A DNA stretch of 64,000 nt, taken from assembly GCA_038279365.1 (NCBI GenBank), contig JAYODI010000003.1, forward strand, positions 70,616 to 134,615, given 5' to 3'. Made by a program: the position numbers and the translations under genes. The notes under the pieces are model-generated. The model was not told the origin of the DNA. It worked only from the letters and a program-made list of their open reading frames with translations, and made no database searches. The stretch's first letter is position 1, and every line of letters starts with the position of its first letter. Shown one piece after another: positions 19,468 through 29,718 of this stretch. This stretch comes from Candidatus Latescibacterota bacterium. GTDB lineage: Bacteria; Latescibacterota; UBA2968.

Positions 19468-20931
19468 ATGAAAAGTGAAACCGTATTAACAACAGCGCCC
19501 TCACCTGAAAGTTTGGGTATTCCTTCACGGGCGATTCTAAATTTTTTGCAACGGATTGATACCGAGCGCATTAATATGCATGGGTTTCTGCTTGTGCGTT
19601 GCAACAGCATTGCTGCCGAGGGTTATTGGGCACCTTGGACGGCAGATAGCAAACATCGGATGTATTCGATTAGCAAAAGTTTTGTCTCTTTGGCGGTTGG
19701 GATGATGATTGATGAAGGCAAGCTCACACTCGATGATCGGGTTGTTGATTACTTTTCTGACAAATTGCCCCAAAAGCTTCATCCCTGGATTGCTGCTTCA
19801 ACTGTTCGAGATCTTCTGATGATGGCGACTGCTCACTCGAGAACCTCTTATACGCGCGATGATCCCGACTGGGTGTGGACTTTCTTCAACCGACCTCCTT
19901 CACACCCTCCTGGAACGATCTTTTCGTATGATACTGCGGCCACCGTTGTGCTCACGGCCACTGTTGAGCGACTTGCAGGTATGCCCTTTTTGGATTATAT
20001 GCGACCGCGTTTTCTGGATCGAATCGGATTTTCTTCTGATGCTTGGTGTGTTCGCACGCCTGAGGGGGGATCGTGGGGTGGGTCGGGGGTGATCTGCACG
20101 CTTCGCGATTTGGCCAAAGTTGCGCTTACTTGTATGAACGGTGGCCTGTGGGGCGATGAACGGGTGCTGCCTGAGGATTATGTGCGTGCAGCAACGGCCA
20201 AGCAAATTGACAATGCCCTTCGTGGAAACCATGGCTATGGCTATCAGATTTGGCGCGACAAAGAAAATGGATTTTCATTCCGTGGGATGGGCAGTCAGTA
20301 CGCCATTTGTTTTCCCGATCAGAAGTTTTTGTTTACCTGTATCTCTGACACACAAGGTGCGCCGTCGGGAAGTGCCATACCTGATGTGATGCGCGAAGAA
20401 CTCTACCCTCATCTTTCAGATACACCCCTTCCTGAAGATGGTGATGCTCACGCAGAACTTTTGGATAAGATCTCACGGCTTGCTGTTTTGCCAATACCTG
20501 GGAACACGGATGTGCGGGTGACCTCGGAAGTGGATGGTGCTTGGTATGCATTGGAAGATAACCCGATGGGGATTACTCGGATGCGTCTGTCTTTTAAGGG
20601 AGACGTTGGTGTATGGGAATACACCAACGGTCAAGGTGATAATGTGCTGAGGTTCGGTATCGGGCGCGTGGTGTCTGGCACATTTCCGCAACGCAACTAT
20701 TTTGGTGAACAGATTGGTTCTATTCCTGGCATTGAATATAAATGTTTAGCATCTGCCGCGTGGATCGACGCACAGACGCTCAATATGGAGGTCTATATCA
20801 CAGACATTCACTTGGGTGGGCTCAGGATATCTTTTGCCTTTAAGGGAGAGGAAGTAGGTGTCTTTATGACAAAACAAGCCGAGTTCTTCTTAGATGAATA
20901 CAATGGGTTTGCAGGAGGCAAACGCCTTTAA
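19468..20931 (+). CDS. serine hydrolase, beta-lactamase/class C-related family, with C-terminal extension
   Basis: SISK (SxxK), LLMM, PGTIFSYD, YGYQIW, GMGSQ. Confidence 0.88.
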   Translation: MKSETVLTTAPSPESLGIPSRAILNFLQRIDTERINMHGFLLVRCNSIAAEGYWAPWTADSKHRMYSISKSFVSLAVGMMIDEGKLTLDDRVVDYFSDKLPQKLHPWIAASTVRDLLMMATAHSRTSYTRDDPDWVWTFFNRPPSHPPGTIFSYDTAATVVLTATVERLAGMPFLDYMRPRFLDRIGFSSDAWCVRTPEGGSWGGSGVICTLRDLAKVALTCMNGGLWGDERVLPEDYVRAATAKQIDNALRGNHGYGYQIWRDKENGFSFRGMGSQYAICFPDQKFLFTCISDTQGAPSGSAIPDVMREELYPHLSDTPLPEDGDAHAELLDKISRLAVLPIPGNTDVRVTSEVDGAWYALEDNPMGITRMRLSFKGDVGVWEYTNGQGDNVLRFGIGRVVSGTFPQRNYFGEQIGSIPGIEYKCLASAAWIDAQTLNMEVYITDIHLGGLRISFAFKGEEVGVFMTKQAEFFLDEYNGFAGGKRL

Positions 20932-20992
20932 GGCAGGATCGATGGCTCTTGTTGTTTATTTTTGAATCGAATCATACTTATGAGGAGAAGTT

Positions 20993-21751
20993 ATGAAACT
21001 CTCGTTATCGGGGCGTATCTTGCAAGGTGCGCAAGAGATGAGTACGTCTGATTTTATTCGTTTGGCACGTGATACAGGATTTGATTTGGTGGAACTTCGG
21101 GCAAATCAGGTGCCGCTTGAAAGCACAGATGATAAGTTGGTCGAGTTGCGTCAGGTGTTGGATGATGCGGGGGTTGGTGTTTCGATGATTGTGGTAGGCA
21201 ATGCCGATCAGGCCGTCTCGTGGGTAGGGGTTGCTCGTGCGTTGGGAGCGACCAATCTTCGGGTTAATGGCACGGTTGCAACTTTGGCACAGGCTGCAGA
21301 ATCATTACCCGATGATTTGCGATTGGTTTTTCAGATGCACAGTGGGTCACCGTTTGAGAATCTGGCTCAGGCAACGGATGGTTTGGCACAAATTTCCAGT
21401 AACCGATTTGGGTTGATGCCAGAACCTGCCAATTTGCTTTTTGCTGGTGAAACCTGGCATGATGATTTGTTTGTGCCACTCAAGGGGCGTATTTATGGGT
21501 GCAATGCACAAAGCATTGCACTGGATGAAAAAAGTGATACGGCGGTTAAAATGAATGATGGGCGACAGGTGCCTTTTTCACGATGCCCGTGGTCTGAGAA
21601 TGAGGCATTGGGTTTTTCGGCATTTGTTTCGGCACTTCGCGCAGTGGGATATGATGACTATATAAACTTTATTGACCCATCATACCCTGGTATGTCTGTG
21701 TTTGATTGGGCAAAAAGCACAGCTGCTTATGCGCGGGAATGTATGGGATAG
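20993..21751 (+). CDS. sugar phosphate isomerase/epimerase-like TIM barrel protein
   Basis: ARDTGFDLVELR, ALRAVGYDDYI; GAGGAG RBS. Confidence 0.72.
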   Translation: MKLSLSGRILQGAQEMSTSDFIRLARDTGFDLVELRANQVPLESTDDKLVELRQVLDDAGVGVSMIVVGNADQAVSWVGVARALGATNLRVNGTVATLAQAAESLPDDLRLVFQMHSGSPFENLAQATDGLAQISSNRFGLMPEPANLLFAGETWHDDLFVPLKGRIYGCNAQSIALDEKSDTAVKMNDGRQVPFSRCPWSENEALGFSAFVSALRAVGYDDYINFIDPSYPGMSVFDWAKSTAAYARECMG

Positions 21752-21758
21752 TTTTGGC

Positions 21759-22138
21759 GAATATGGCGACATACTTCCTTTTGCGTGTCAGGCGCGAAAA
21801 CTGAATCAGGTTTTTTTGAATCTGTTAAAAAATGCGTGTTAGGCCATAGAGGGGGCAGGGCAAATCACCATTTCTACAAATTTAAAAGACAATCAGGTTT
21901 ATGTTGCCATTCGCGATACGGGAAGAGGAATTCGACAAGAAGATCTTGAGTCGATTTTTGATCCAAACTTTACCACAAAAATGCTGTTGTAAGGGCCAGT
22001 TTGGGGTTATCTATTTGTTATCAAATTGTTCAAGAACATCATGGGCATATTGGGGTTGAAAGTGAGGTTGGGAAAGGGTCGGTCTTTACGGTGGTTCTTC
22101 CTATGGCAACACAAGATAAATTGCATGAACAAAATTAA
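21759..22138 (+). pseudogene. histidine kinase ATPase (HATPase_c) gene remnant
   Basis: Manual translation: LNQVFLNLLKNAC* (TAG 21840-21842), then IRDTGRGI...IFDPNFTTK, a frameshift in the A-run near 21980, then [34 protein letters not shown]; no start or H-box. Confidence 0.88.
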
Positions 22139-22153
22139 AAATAAGAGGTGCTC

Positions 22154-24520
22154 ATGCTGATTGGCATATGGAGGGGGATTTTGATTATGAGTTTTGTCAT
22201 TGGACAGGTTTCTGCACTTGAGATACCACTCATTGTGGAAGAGACAACAGGAATGGATCGGGTGGGTAATGGGGTTAACTCGGGTGTGCCTTTGCCAGAG
22301 GGTGCTGTGATGGATGTGACCCAGTTGCGCTTACTCGATGCACAAGACAATGTGGTTGTTGCTTCTATTGAACCGCGTGCACGGTGGTTGAACGACAAAT
22401 CGCTCAAATGGGTGACGGTTCACTTTGTTGCAGATTTACCTGCACATGCAAAGGCGACCTATAAACTTGTGACCTCTGAGGCTTCTTTGCCCACATCTGA
22501 GCTTGTTGTAACACAGTCGAACAATGTTGTGACGGTGGTTACGGGGCCTGCTAAGTTTGTTATTCCCACAGATCGTTTTGCGCCGTTTGATCAAGTTTAT
22601 ATACGCACCGACGTGGCAAAGGATTTCACGGATGCAGATGCACTGCTTCAAAAGTCAGCACGTACCATTTTGGTGGGGCGCAATGGTCTTTCACGCGTGG
22701 TGCCACGGGTTGGAGAATATGAAGGTGAATTTCGCACGGAGCGTGTGCGCATTGACGACGAGGTTTTTACACAAACGGCAGTGGTTCAGACTGTTGTTGT
22801 TGAAGAACAAGGATTAGGACGTGCAGTTGTGGCACTAAAGGGTACGTTTTCTACAGATATTGCGACATCACTCGATTTTACAGCACGCCTATATTTTTAT
22901 AGTGGTGTCTCTCAGGCAGAGATTACATTCAGTGTTCAGAACCGTCAGCTTGACAGTATGGCGCATTTTGTGGGCATTGAGCGATTGGCAGTGGAGTTGC
23001 CATTTAAAACGACGGGCAAGACACGTGTGAGTTTGGCTGTGGATGGCAATATTGTGTCTCATTCGCTGGATCGTGCGGATATGCGACTTGCACAAACACA
23101 GTGGGATACTTGTCGGCTCAATGGCAATGAGATTGGGAAGAAATATGATGGATGGGTTCGGCTTGCTTCGGAAGCGGGCACATTGACAGCGGGTACGCGT
23201 TGGTCTTGGCAAGTGCATCCCGTGGGGGCGCTGGTGCAGTCGGATGGGGTTGTTGCATTGGAACTCAAATCTGCAGATGGTGAGTTGGTGGAACTGTATA
23301 CGGCAGGTGCCAAAACACGCTTCTTATTTTTACACTTTGCGCGAGGAACGGCTCCTGCCCCACAAGCGATCGCACAAGGCATACGTGATCCACTATTTGC
23401 AGTTTGTGACCCCAATTGGTATTGCCAAGAAACGCGTGTGTTTGGCGATTTGTATGCGAACAATATGGCACTTTTCCAACCGCAATATCGCGATGTGATT
23501 GCACGTTATCAGGCGCGAATAGATGCGTGTTTGGCACGTATTGTTGAACAACGCCCTCGCCCGGAGTGGGAGGTAAATGAGTTTGGTTGGCTTAACTTTG
23601 GCAGTGGTTTGCACCACCGTACATGTGTGCGTGAAAATGCCCATGAAAGTTGGTGGGATAGCAATTATTACGACTTTCCGCATGCGGCCATTGTCAATTA
23701 TTTGCGCACGGGTAATCTCTTCAATTTAACGACGGCTGTAGAGGCTGGTTTACATTTGGCAGACCTCGATATTTGTCATAGTTTTCCGGGGCGTCCCGAA
23801 CTGGCAGGTTCTCCACGGTCTGGACCTGTGGTGGGGCATTTTAGAAATTACACCCGTGGGCAAGAATTTATGGGGCATAACTCATTTACGTTTTATAAAA
23901 ATGAATCCCTCTATGAACTCTATTATCTTACTGGTGAACGTTGGTTCCACGAGGTGGGATTGATGTCTTCGGAGTTTGCGATGACACATTGGGGCAAAGG
24001 CGCATTGCGCAATGTTGCTCATGGTATATGGGGGGTGCTAAGTGCGTATCAAGACACACATGAAAAACGGTATTTGGATCGGGCGCAATTTTTTGTCGAT
24101 GCGTGGGCCAAACCCTGGCAAGATGAGTTTGATGGCAGTTTTAACGATCAGCTTTGGATGTATGGGTTGCAGTTTGAGGCCTATGACAAATATTTTCGTT
24201 TGACCCGCGACAAAGATACGGCACGCTATAATTTGATGGCTGTGGATGCGGTCATTGAAGAAGAAGTAGGTGATGGCAAGTGGAAAAATGGTGGCGCAGA
24301 CAGCGGTATTTGCCTTGCTGGGTATGGATATGCCTATGATTATACGGGCAATGTTCACTATCTAAACTATGGTTTGGATGTGCTTGAAAAAACAACGGAT
24401 GCTTCTGGAGATCGGGTTAAAACTTTTGCACAACAGTTTCGTGCTTCGCCCTATTTTTTGAAAGTACTCACGGTTGATTACAAACCGGAAGCCGTGTTGA
24501 TGCGTGGTGTAAATGAATAG
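22154..24520 (+). CDS. secreted protein resembling the exo-rhamnogalacturonan lyase (PL26/YetA-like) family
   Basis: Signal peptide; N-terminal VNSGVPLPEG...W..D.SLKW domain; GWLNFG, WWDSNYYD, YYLTG helical-barrel motifs. Confidence 0.6.
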   Translation: MLIGIWRGILIMSFVIGQVSALEIPLIVEETTGMDRVGNGVNSGVPLPEGAVMDVTQLRLLDAQDNVVVASIEPRARWLNDKSLKWVTVHFVADLPAHAKATYKLVTSEASLPTSELVVTQSNNVVTVVTGPAKFVIPTDRFAPFDQVYIRTDVAKDFTDADALLQKSARTILVGRNGLSRVVPRVGEYEGEFRTERVRIDDEVFTQTAVVQTVVVEEQGLGRAVVALKGTFSTDIATSLDFTARLYFYSGVSQAEITFSVQNRQLDSMAHFVGIERLAVELPFKTTGKTRVSLAVDGNIVSHSLDRADMRLAQTQWDTCRLNGNEIGKKYDGWVRLASEAGTLTAGTRWSWQVHPVGALVQSDGVVALELKSADGELVELYTAGAKTRFLFLHFARGTAPAPQAIAQGIRDPLFAVCDPNWYCQETRVFGDLYANNMALFQPQYRDVIARYQARIDACLARIVEQRPRPEWEVNEFGWLNFGSGLHHRTCVRENAHESWWDSNYYDFPHAAIVNYLRTGNLFNLTTAVEAGLHLADLDICHSFPGRPELAGSPRSGPVVGHFRNYTRGQEFMGHNSFTFYKNESLYELYYLTGERWFHEVGLMSSEFAMTHWGKGALRNVAHGIWGVLSAYQDTHEKRYLDRAQFFVDAWAKPWQDEFDGSFNDQLWMYGLQFEAYDKYFRLTRDKDTARYNLMAVDAVIEEEVGDGKWKNGGADSGICLAGYGYAYDYTGNVHYLNYGLDVLEKTTDASGDRVKTFAQQFRASPYFLKVLTVDYKPEAVLMRGVNE

Positions 24521-24555
24521 CAGATATGGTGTGTATCGAAAGGATGTTTTTATAG

Positions 24556-26400
24556 ATGGCAACCGAACAAAAAAAGTCACCTTATAATTTTAAAGAACAT
24601 GGTCTTGTGGCACCCGTGGGAATGCCTACTTGGGGGCCGAGTACAATTGCGACTGTGGATGAAAATGGTCGTCGCATTGTGTTTGTAAAACTTTGGACCG
24701 GAAAAACGGCTTCTTATTTGTTTATTGATGCCGAGACGGGTGAAACGGAACAGGTGCATCCTGAGGGCGATGGTTGGGGGGCATATCAGGTGCTGATGAC
24801 ACCCTCGAATGTGATTTACGATACGATGGACAATCATTTGGTGGCCATTGACGTGGTGAGTCGACAGGTGCGAAAGGTGGGGGCAATTCCTTCTGGAATG
24901 GCATTGGGGTATGCTTTGGGTGAAGATGGTACTGTGTATGCAGGGATTTATCCAACGGCAACATTGGTCTCGTATAACCCCAATACGGATACGTTTACAA
25001 ATCACGGCGCACTCAATGAAGAAATTTGGCCGCAATATCCACGCCCGTTGGGTGTTGATGAATCGGGGTGGGTTTATTGTGGTATTAGCATTCAAGAAAT
25101 GCAGGTGGTGGGGTACCAGGTGGCCACAGGTGAAAAGCGGTTGTTGATTCCACAAGAAAAACGCCAACGTGGGAATACAGAAGGTTTTGTGGGCACAGAT
25201 GGTAAGGTTTATATGCATGCAGAAGGGTGGGGATGGCACGAACTGTTGGGTGGAGTGGCAACGCCCATTGAAAAGCCACTGGTTGGGGCGCGTTCAACTG
25301 GCACAGATACGTTTCCGGATGGTTCGCGTTATACACACGTAGATGTGGCAGATCGTATTTTGCATATTTTAGATGCAGGTGCTGACGAACCTCGTGAGGT
25401 GCATTTTGATTATGAAAGTGCGGGTGTGAACATTTACACCATTATTGCTGGGCCAGATGATAAGGTGCATGGTGCAACGGGTATTCCGTTGCGGATTTGG
25501 AAGTTTGACCCAGAGACGGGTGAGATGGAGAACCAAGGTTTGGGCGGTAATCGTGGGCATATCAATCAGTTTGTACGGCAGGGAGATCGTTTTTTTGGGG
25601 CGATTTATAGCTCGGGTGATGTGGTCGAATATGACCCACTTCAACCGTATGATGGTGCCAGTATGAAAGACAGTGTGAACCCACGTTTGGTTCATTCTGT
25701 TGATGAAGCCCGTGATCTTTATGGACGCCCCCATGTGGTATTGGCACACCCTGATGGGCGTCATATTCTTGTGGGGGGCAATGCTGCGCGTGTGATTTTG
25801 GGCAGTGGTTTGCTCATTTATGATGCCGAGTCTGAGGTGGGCACAATTTTGGATCGCACGGATTTGATTCCCGATCAGGGTATTAACGCGTTGGTGGCGC
25901 TGTCTAATGGTGACGTATTGGTAGGCACATCAACCAAGCCGCCTACGGGTGGGGCTGGTGATGTGCCAGAAACAGCTGTGATTTATCGGTTGGATTTTGA
26001 GCGCCGTGTGATTGCCGAACAATGGCCTTTGCATCCTAACACACCTGCCGTGCGTGATATGGTGGTGATGTCTGATGGTGTGGTGTATGGTTTGGCAGAA
26101 CCCAATCGGTTTTTTGTGTTTGATCCTGAGCAGGGTGTGTTTACGCATGATGAGGTGATAACTGATTATGGCAATGTCTCTGGTTGGCAAGCCCCTCGAT
26201 GTATGATCATTGGCCCTGATGGCCATATTTATGCGCTTTTTACAGAAGCGATTGTGTGTATAGACCCAAAGACGCTTGCACACAAAGAGATCGCGCGCCC
26301 GAATGTGCCTGTAACGTCGGGCATCGCGATTGTTGGCGAGCGGCTTTATTTTGGCAGTGGCCCTCGGTTATTGAGTTGTGCCCTGAATGTGGATGCATAA
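24556..26400 (+). CDS. beta-propeller repeat protein, function unknown
   Basis: Repeated (G)xDGxVYxG and YDP blade motifs over 614 aa. Confidence 0.7.
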   Translation: MATEQKKSPYNFKEHGLVAPVGMPTWGPSTIATVDENGRRIVFVKLWTGKTASYLFIDAETGETEQVHPEGDGWGAYQVLMTPSNVIYDTMDNHLVAIDVVSRQVRKVGAIPSGMALGYALGEDGTVYAGIYPTATLVSYNPNTDTFTNHGALNEEIWPQYPRPLGVDESGWVYCGISIQEMQVVGYQVATGEKRLLIPQEKRQRGNTEGFVGTDGKVYMHAEGWGWHELLGGVATPIEKPLVGARSTGTDTFPDGSRYTHVDVADRILHILDAGADEPREVHFDYESAGVNIYTIIAGPDDKVHGATGIPLRIWKFDPETGEMENQGLGGNRGHINQFVRQGDRFFGAIYSSGDVVEYDPLQPYDGASMKDSVNPRLVHSVDEARDLYGRPHVVLAHPDGRHILVGGNAARVILGSGLLIYDAESEVGTILDRTDLIPDQGINALVALSNGDVLVGTSTKPPTGGAGDVPETAVIYRLDFERRVIAEQWPLHPNTPAVRDMVVMSDGVVYGLAEPNRFFVFDPEQGVFTHDEVITDYGNVSGWQAPRCMIIGPDGHIYALFTEAIVCIDPKTLAHKEIARPNVPVTSGIAIVGERLYFGSGPRLLSCALNVDA

Positions 26401-26404
26401 ATAA

Positions 26405-26479
26405 AGCGGTATTGGGCCTGCGAGTTTTATGATTGTTGATCCCGATGGCAATCCTATTTTGATTGATCAACACGTGTAA
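26405..26479 (+). pseudogene. 3' remnant of a VOC/glyoxalase family gene
   Basis: Reads SGIGPASFMIVDPDGNPILIDQHV* directly after an in-frame TAA; DPDGN is the VOC C-terminal motif. Confidence 0.72.
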
Positions 26480-26516
26480 GTAAGATGACCGGCAAATCAT
26501 ATTTGGGGAGAAAAGA

Positions 26517-27719
26517 ATGGGTGACGTTGGACAATTGGAGCAACGATTAAAAACTGTGTTTGGCACACAGGCACAGTGTGAGGGGCCATTGATCGAAAGT
26601 GGTGCAGTGGTGCGTGTGACGGGTATTGATTTGTATGACCCGTTGAATGAAGATCAAGCGGGTTGTTTGTTGGATGCATTGAGTCAGTTTCGGGTCGTTT
26701 GTTTGGCAGGCCAAGATTTGGATCGTTTTTCTTTGGCGCATTTTGAGCGTTTTGCCAACCATTGGGGGGCACCTGTACCACATCCGAGCAATTTTTTACG
26801 CGGTGGCAAACCCGCACAGCGAGATGGCGACAGTGATGGCCCCATTGAAATGATTCCTTATGAGAATCGGCGGGTGGCTGCTGTTGACAAAACGTTTCCG
26901 GGACAGTTGCAATGTATGCCCCACGAGTCGCCTGCGGTGTTGGTTGTGACCAATTTTAGTGGGCCATTGGGAGATGGTGATGTGCGGGTGGGCAATGGGG
27001 GCTCATGGCATACGGATATTGAGTATGAGCCTTTGCCCATTTATGTGTCTATGTTTTTGGCGCATAAATCACCTGTTACACGTGATGCACCTGGTGGCAC
27101 TTGGGTAGAAGCGCCCAATATGGATGATCCTAAGCCTTATTTGGAGGGGTCTGATGCAGAACTGATGCGGTTGCGCAAACAATTGCCATTAAATGGTGAG
27201 ACGGCGTTTGCGGATACGGCTGGGGCTTTTGCGGCGTTGCCACCCCAAGAGCAAGCCTTGTTGGAAAAGGTGCAGTTGCGCCGACGTCTCAATGCTGGAG
27301 ATGAAGGATGGCTTGCCCCATTGGTGCGCACCAACCCGCGTTCTGGCCTCAAATCGTTTCACAGCCCCATTTGGGCCTCTCGACCAAGGGTGCGTCCACC
27401 TGTGGAAGTGGATGGAATGACAATGGAAGAATCGCGTGCGTTTTTAGATCGTTTGGAAGCATATGTTTTGCAACCGCAATTTCGGTATGATCACTTGCAT
27501 GTGCCAGGTGATGTGACCATTTGGGACAATTATATGACCTTGCACAATTCAACGCCCGTCAAGTCGAATATCCGCTCAGTGGACGATGCCCGTTTGCTCT
27601 ATCGCTTGAGTTGCAAAGGGGAACCTGCGTTGTCATTACCAAGACAAGATGCTCCTGAATGGCTTGAGGAACATATTAATGGTGGCTATGTAACACCCAA
27701 AGAGATTATTGATGTTTGA
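26517..27719 (+). CDS. TauD/TfdA family Fe/2OG dioxygenase
   Basis: WHTD, GETAFAD, PLVRTNP.SG.K, GDVTIWDN..TLH, RLLYR. Confidence 0.9.
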   Translation: MGDVGQLEQRLKTVFGTQAQCEGPLIESGAVVRVTGIDLYDPLNEDQAGCLLDALSQFRVVCLAGQDLDRFSLAHFERFANHWGAPVPHPSNFLRGGKPAQRDGDSDGPIEMIPYENRRVAAVDKTFPGQLQCMPHESPAVLVVTNFSGPLGDGDVRVGNGGSWHTDIEYEPLPIYVSMFLAHKSPVTRDAPGGTWVEAPNMDDPKPYLEGSDAELMRLRKQLPLNGETAFADTAGAFAALPPQEQALLEKVQLRRRLNAGDEGWLAPLVRTNPRSGLKSFHSPIWASRPRVRPPVEVDGMTMEESRAFLDRLEAYVLQPQFRYDHLHVPGDVTIWDNYMTLHNSTPVKSNIRSVDDARLLYRLSCKGEPALSLPRQDAPEWLEEHINGGYVTPKEIIDV

Positions 27720-27773
27720 TGGGACGCTTAGATTTTTATAGATGTTCTGAATAGGACAGGGAGTGATTAAAAT

Positions 27774-29222
27774 ATGGAGACGCGCCCCAATATTTTGCTG
27801 ATTGTATCTGAAGATCATGGGCAAGATTTGAGCTGTTATGGCGATGAAAACGTAAAGACACCACATCTTGATACACTGGCGGATGAGGGGGTGCGATTTG
27901 CAAATGCCTATTGCACACAGGCGGTTTGTAGCCCTGGGCGTGCCAGTATTTTGACGGGTTTGTACCCGCATCAAAATGGTCAAATTGGTCTTTCTACGCA
28001 CGAGTATGCGATGTATAGACACATTCCGAATTTACCCAGTATGCTCAAACCCTTGGGATATCGCACGGGTTTGCTTGGCAAATTACATGTTAAACCCTTT
28101 GATGCATTTCCCTGGGATTTGTGGTGGAACGACAGTGACCGGATTAGTTTTGGCAAGCGCGATGTTCATACCACAGCAAAAATGGCAAACGACTTTATTG
28201 CTGAAGGGGGTGACGCACCCTTTCTGTTGATGGTTGCTGCAAGAGATTGCCATCTTCCATTTTTGCGTCAAAGTTATGGTGTGCCCGAGAAACCATTAGA
28301 GGCCCATGACGTACGTCCACTTCCATTTGTGGGGGTTGATACGCCGCGTATTCGAGAACACACGGCCGACTATTATAATTGTATGCAGCGGTTGGATGTA
28401 ACGGTTGGGTTGTTGATGGATGTGTTGCATGCACAAGGGAAAGCTGATAACACACTGGTTATTTTTACTACGGATCATGGTGCACAATTTTCTCGAGGAA
28501 AGTGTAGTTGTTATGAAGGTGGGCTTAGAATTCCAATGATTGTGCGTTGGCCAGGTCAGATTCCTCAGGGTAAGGTGATTGATGCATTTGTGTCTCAAAT
28601 TGATGTGTTGCCAACTGTCTTGGATGCGATCGGAGAGGATGTGCCTTCACATGTTGAAGGGGTATCTTTGTTGCCACTGATTGAAGATGCCTCCACGCCT
28701 TGGCGTGATCGTGTTTATGCTGAATGGACAAGCTGTCATGCGCCGATCTATTATCCTCAGCGCGCTATTCGAGATGCGCGGTATAAATTAATTGTTACAT
28801 ATCGCTCTGATCGGCCTAATCCGTGTGCGCAGATTAATGCTGGAACGGCTACTTTTCAATCTCATGTTGCACCAGGAACTTTGCCAGAGGAAGTGGCTGG
28901 TGCAGCAGAGAATGTTCGCCTTGCTTATGCCATTTACGACAATCCACCCCCTGAAGAATTGTATGATCTCCAGAATGATCCTTGGGAATTTAACAACCTA
29001 ACAGATGATGCGTCGTATACATCTGTAAAAAATAGGTTGCGGGCAGAGCTGGTGGCTTGGCAGAAACAAACGGGTGACCTGTTGCATGATGTGGCTATGC
29101 AAGAACGGCTCAATGCAGAACATGATGACATTACAAAGCGTTATTACGAGGTTGGCGAAAGGGTGCCTGAAGGTTTTGCTTGGCCATATTTGAGTTATTT
29201 GGGTGAGGTGAAGCGCGTATGA
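27774..29222 (+). CDS. sulfatase (N-sulfoglucosamine sulfohydrolase-like)
   Basis: CSPGR..ILTGLYPHQNG, GKLHV, TDHG, EELYDLQNDP. Confidence 0.93.
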   Translation: METRPNILLIVSEDHGQDLSCYGDENVKTPHLDTLADEGVRFANAYCTQAVCSPGRASILTGLYPHQNGQIGLSTHEYAMYRHIPNLPSMLKPLGYRTGLLGKLHVKPFDAFPWDLWWNDSDRISFGKRDVHTTAKMANDFIAEGGDAPFLLMVAARDCHLPFLRQSYGVPEKPLEAHDVRPLPFVGVDTPRIREHTADYYNCMQRLDVTVGLLMDVLHAQGKADNTLVIFTTDHGAQFSRGKCSCYEGGLRIPMIVRWPGQIPQGKVIDAFVSQIDVLPTVLDAIGEDVPSHVEGVSLLPLIEDASTPWRDRVYAEWTSCHAPIYYPQRAIRDARYKLIVTYRSDRPNPCAQINAGTATFQSHVAPGTLPEEVAGAAENVRLAYAIYDNPPPEELYDLQNDPWEFNNLTDDASYTSVKNRLRAELVAWQKQTGDLLHDVAMQERLNAEHDDITKRYYEVGERVPEGFAWPYLSYLGEVKRV

Positions 29223-29680
29223 AAAACAAAGAAACCGAGTTTCAGGCTATCCCCATTTTAGGCAATGGTTTTCATGTTTGCATTAGCACGTCAAATTTTG
29301 AAAGATCTATTCATTTTTATCAGGCTTTGGGTTTTACACCCAAAGGACAGATTGGCGTAAAACGGGAAAAATTCAGCATGCAATATCTTATTCATCCTGA
29401 AACTAAGGCACTTATAGAAGTGATCTGCCACTGCGATAGAAAAGATATCCCTCAAACCGCACGTGAACGAAAAGATATTGTTGGTGTGAACCATTTTGGT
29501 TTTCATGTCAGTGATTTGAAGAAAACGCGCATGCAATTAAAAAAACTGGGTGCAGAAATAGTAGAAGATGACTCAAGAGGATTGTATGATTTTATTTTTG
29601 CCAAAGGGCCTGATGGCGAATTGATCGGTTTTGCCGAATTCAAGCAAAGTTTGGGTGAAGCTGAACATGAGTTGTTTTGA
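29219..29680 (+). CDS. VOC/glyoxalase family protein
   Basis: HVCI...FERSIHFYQALGF, NHFGFHV, GPDGELI. Confidence 0.85.
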   Translation: MKNKETEFQAIPILGNGFHVCISTSNFERSIHFYQALGFTPKGQIGVKREKFSMQYLIHPETKALIEVICHCDRKDIPQTARERKDIVGVNHFGFHVSDLKKTRMQLKKLGAEIVEDDSRGLYDFIFAKGPDGELIGFAEFKQSLGEAEHELF

Positions 29681-29718
29681 GATTTGGTTTCTAAGTTGGT
29701 TTATGATCTTAAGATGGG

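Noticed and set aside
19468-20931. Antibiotic-resistance beta-lactamase
   Set aside because: No signal peptide, and motifs (YDT, no KTG) fit cytoplasmic esterase/amidase members of the family.
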